Shown here in pieces: positions 32,678 through 35,924 of a DNA stretch of 35,924 nt; positions within the stretch are counted from its first letter, which is position 1; every line of letters begins with the position of its first letter. The position numbers and the translations under genes were made by a program. The notes below the pieces were generated by a model. It saw only the letters and a program-made list of their open reading frames with translations. It ran no database searches and had not been told where the DNA came from. Source of the DNA: Chiloscyllium plagiosum (lineage: Eukaryota). The DNA lies in NCBI RefSeq assembly GCF_004010195.1, contig NW_025213770.1, forward strand, positions 1 to 35,924, written 5' to 3'.

Positions 32678-33200
32678 CTACATGTTGATGAGATTGTGCA
32701 GACTGCAGCAGACTGCTAAGAATAATATCCACTTTACCGAGTACTGCAACATTCTTCGGTAGCAGCCCTGGCAGTGAAAGTGATGTTTCAGCAGGACAAT
32801 GGTCTCTTCCATCATATTTCATGTATTAACATGGGTCACATGAGCAGCACTTTACACTGGCAAGAGACAATGGAATGTTTTCAGTTCTCTTTGAATAAGG
32901 GTATCAGTGATCTTCTTTATGTAACCTGGGGGCATGTTGTGAACATTGCCAGCTTCAGCCTGGAAGAAGCCCAGCATGTAAACATTCCTGGCCACTTTCA
33001 CAGTCAGAGGCATTGCCATTCACCCTCTGCTCTGAGATTACAGTTTCTGGTTCCAGCAGTTGGCAGCTTTTAGTGCAGAAGCTCTTAGCTAAGTGGAGAT
33101 GTTCAAGATTTACCTTGGAGAATTGATCTTCGAATACTTTCAGCCAATCTAGCTTCTGTTGAGAGACATTCCTCCTCTCTCTTGCAATCGATTGTCCTAT
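32678..33200 (-). pseudogene. Second PIF/Harbinger transposase remnant
   Basis: CQLLEPE/L*SQSRG*MAMPLTVKVARNVYMLGFFQAEAGNV..YIKKITDTL; central deletion; then NMMEETIVLLKHHFHC (catalytic E helix) and LQYS....LAVCCSLHNL. Confidence 0.8.
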
Positions 33201-33634
33201 CTGTGTGCCCCCTGCTCAGAATCCCTGTTGAGCTGCATTCAAAGGCAATATAAATCAGTAGAGCTATGTCTGGAGCAATTGATTTGTCCAGAATCTTTGA
33301 AGTCAAGACAAAATCCTTCCACGTGCACACACCACTTACCTCTATACTTTAACAACTTTAAAGAGCTTTGGAAACATCCCACAAATGTACAATTGCAGCA
33401 ACAGCCAGCAGAAATCAATCAGCAACCAGCCTGAAATTAATTGGTGATCCTTCAATAATACTGGTGATGGCTCCTTCCTGTTGTTGGAGGTTACAAGACA
33501 GCAGTAGATGCAAGACTGAACTCAAAAAGGGAAGCATTAAATTCAAATAAGTATTACACTCTGATTGATGTCACAATCTGCCAACTTTACCTATTTCTAG
33601 CACACCCACATTTTCATTTTACAAGCACACCTTC

Positions 33635-33716
33635 CATGGCCATTGTCCTGGAATGGGACTCAAACCTAAAGCTTCTATTTCAGAGCTAGGGACACTATCA
33701 CTGTACCACAAGACCT
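33635..33716 (-). mobile_element. Short tRNA-derived SINE
   Basis: TAGGGACACTATCACTGTACCACAAGA is the exact reverse complement of the 30982-31008 head. Confidence 0.7.
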
Positions 33717-34661
33717 CAATTCACTTTCTTATTTTGTGCCCACTTCCAGAATGATTTTTTTAAAAATCCACCATTGATCTCAGTTGATATTATTGTTCTC
33801 CACCATTCCACTCTGATTCCTTCAATTATGTGACCAAGGAGCCCCCTCTCTGTCCTGAAGTTCCACACTCCTTGTTTAGAATTGCAGCAAAAGTATTCTG
33901 CAGCAGCCTCCTGTAATTTAATGCAGCTTCTATCTAATATGGAGGGATTGCCTTTGAGAATAGAAGGCTAGCTGCACCACCTCACTATTAGTGCATCCTG
34001 TGCAGCTCTCTGCAGACTGTGGCAGATTCTCAGCCTTGTGCTACAATCAGCTAAAGGAGGGAGTAACATCAAATTTTGATGTTGCTTACCTCCACTGGAA
34101 TCAGTGAGGGTCAATTATGAATTCCAACCCTTCCAACCTAAGTGAGGTCATGGACCAATTTTTAGCCCATGGAACTTAGTTCTGATCACACAAGAGGAAT
34201 GACCACTTGGAAATGAAGCAGAGTGATATTGGGGCTTCTAAAACATAATCCAGTGAGAGACAGCATCTTCATGGGAACTGAATAAAAAGGGATGGAAAAA
34301 TTGGGTAGGTTTGTAGAACAATCTGGTGTCTTGAAAGGAAAACTCAATTTAGAAGCAGTTATTATCCAGTTCATGACATAATACCTGACTTCATGAATGA
34401 AAATACTTGAGAGTTAAGAAAAAGAAACAACTTCACTTTCACAGTGTATCCTGAGGTAGTTAGATGGTGCTAGTGATCTGAGTATCAGAATAGAATGAAA
34501 TATTCTGAGACTTGATTGACCAAATTGTGGAATGTAGTATTGAGAAAGCTTTAAAATGCTAGATGATCTTACCCATTAATAAAACAGGAATTTTGTGTCA
34601 TATTATTACAATCTCAGCTCCCAAAACAAAGGCAAAGTTGCTATCCATTTGTCTCACTTAC

Positions 34662-34821
34662 AACACTGCAGGATAGCATTATGCCGGCCCTGATCATTTG
34701 CTGTATGACAGCTGTTGAAAACCGAGCTGAAGATAACTGCTATATCAGCATCCACAGTAGCTGCAACACTTTGTATTAACCTTATGCGCCCTGTAGATTT
34801 CTTTTGTGCAGCAATAAATTT
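34662..34821 (-). other. Candidate 160-nt exon (unassigned)
   Basis: Branch-like CTCTAAT plus CTTTCTCTTAG acceptor, one open frame (KFIAAQKKSTGRIRLIQSVAATVDADIAVIFSSVFNSCHTANDQGRHNAILQC), GTAAGT donor. Peptide not recognised. Confidence 0.2.
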
Positions 34822-35924
34822 CTAAGAGAAAGTTGATTAGAGCCAACTGGGCAACTCCTTATCTTGCTCAGTCTTTGCTTCCTTTAACAATCTACAGAGT
34901 TTTATTACCGCCGCACTTGACTTCACTTTTTGATTTATCTCCTCTTCTTCCTTTGACTTTCTAAATTTGGAGGTGTCCAATGGCATGAGCCTCAATCGTT
35001 TGCCATCAGTCTCTCAAGCTTTCTGAATGAAAGAATTATTTTTGCAGTTTTGCTTTAACCCATCAGATAAGGTTGCAGATGCTAGAATCTTTCTGAGGGA
35101 ATTAGCACACGGAGGGCTAAAAATGCATTGTCAGTCTGTCACCCAGAATAGAATAATGCAGTGGAAGCACAAGCAGAGGCTGACAGCTGCCAACTTTACT
35201 TTCGCTGCTTCTTTTATGTCATCTGGCCCTGGGCTATCATCACACCCTCTGGCCTGCTTAAAGTGCTTCAATTATGAGACACTTATCATTTCAGTGACCC
35301 ACACAATGAACATCCCAGCTTGCTGGAGCTGGCATTATCAGTACTGACTAACTCACACATAATGGGAAAAGAACCTACGAGCAGTATAACCTCTGTTTCC
35401 CATTCAATATACAGTTTGCTTACTGTTTTGATCTTGAGACAAGTCAGCTCTGTAAAAGTTAAGAATTGCTGCTGTTCCATCATAATGTTCCAAGCTTCAA
35501 ATAAAAATGTACATGGATGGAATTTGGAGCAAAGCAGCTAATTCAGCCAGTCACTTTAAAGAACAGTGAAGAGATGCAAGGTATGAGGGCTCGTTATTAA
35601 TACTTGTGGTTGGGACAAAAATAGATAGTGAGATTAATTGTGTAAGTCAGTCCAGGTAGACATCACTGTATAAATATTATGTACAATAGCTTTTAGAATT
35701 GCCATGTCATTGTTACTTGTCTTAAAAGGACAGGCTGTACTTGTCAAGAAAGGCCTCTCGATTTGACCTTTTGACTAAGGAATATTACTCAACTTAAATT
35801 ATTACCAAATTCTGTACCATTTATTTACTTAAGGCAATACAAGGGTCATAAATTCAGAAAACAAAAGTTACAGAGCTGGACACCTCACCATTCCTGGCCC
35901 CCAGAACCCTGTGGGGAACACCAC

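Noticed and set aside
34837..34986. Minus-strand 49-aa ORF MPLDTSKFRKSKEEEEINQK...PSWL
   Set aside because: Short, unrecognised, no usable acceptor upstream, and explainable by purine-rich composition.

Overview
Eukaryotic, AT-rich, repeat-dense vertebrate genomic DNA. The repeat families (V-domain HE1-type SINEs with CR1/HER1-like tails, many CR1 3' fragments, Penelope-like ends) point to a cartilaginous fish, most likely a shark (inference). No intact multi-exon protein-coding gene is recognisable. The only host-gene signal is a CpG-rich candidate exon near 733-838 that could encode a mitochondrial-transit-like peptide, so most of the window is probably intronic or intergenic. Decayed mobile elements are nested into each other: CR1 LINEs, three SINE families, a probable solo LTR, two PIF/Harbinger fossils (one with convergent Myb/SANT-like and transposase ORFs), an L1/Tx1 ORF1 with CCHC knuckles, a possible R2-like fragment and Tigger/pogo-like MITEs. 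There is a 427-N gap at 29723-30149. The most notable signals are (i) young Penelope-like insertions with long target-site duplications that carry minimal hammerhead-ribozyme motifs, one as a perfect 46-bp palindrome, and (ii) a 10-bp-phased TTGACA array plus a ~21-bp CAAAGG array upstream of the Harbinger Myb gene. All family assignments are by eye, from remembered consensus motifs. No database search was run, and boundaries of old repeats are approximate.
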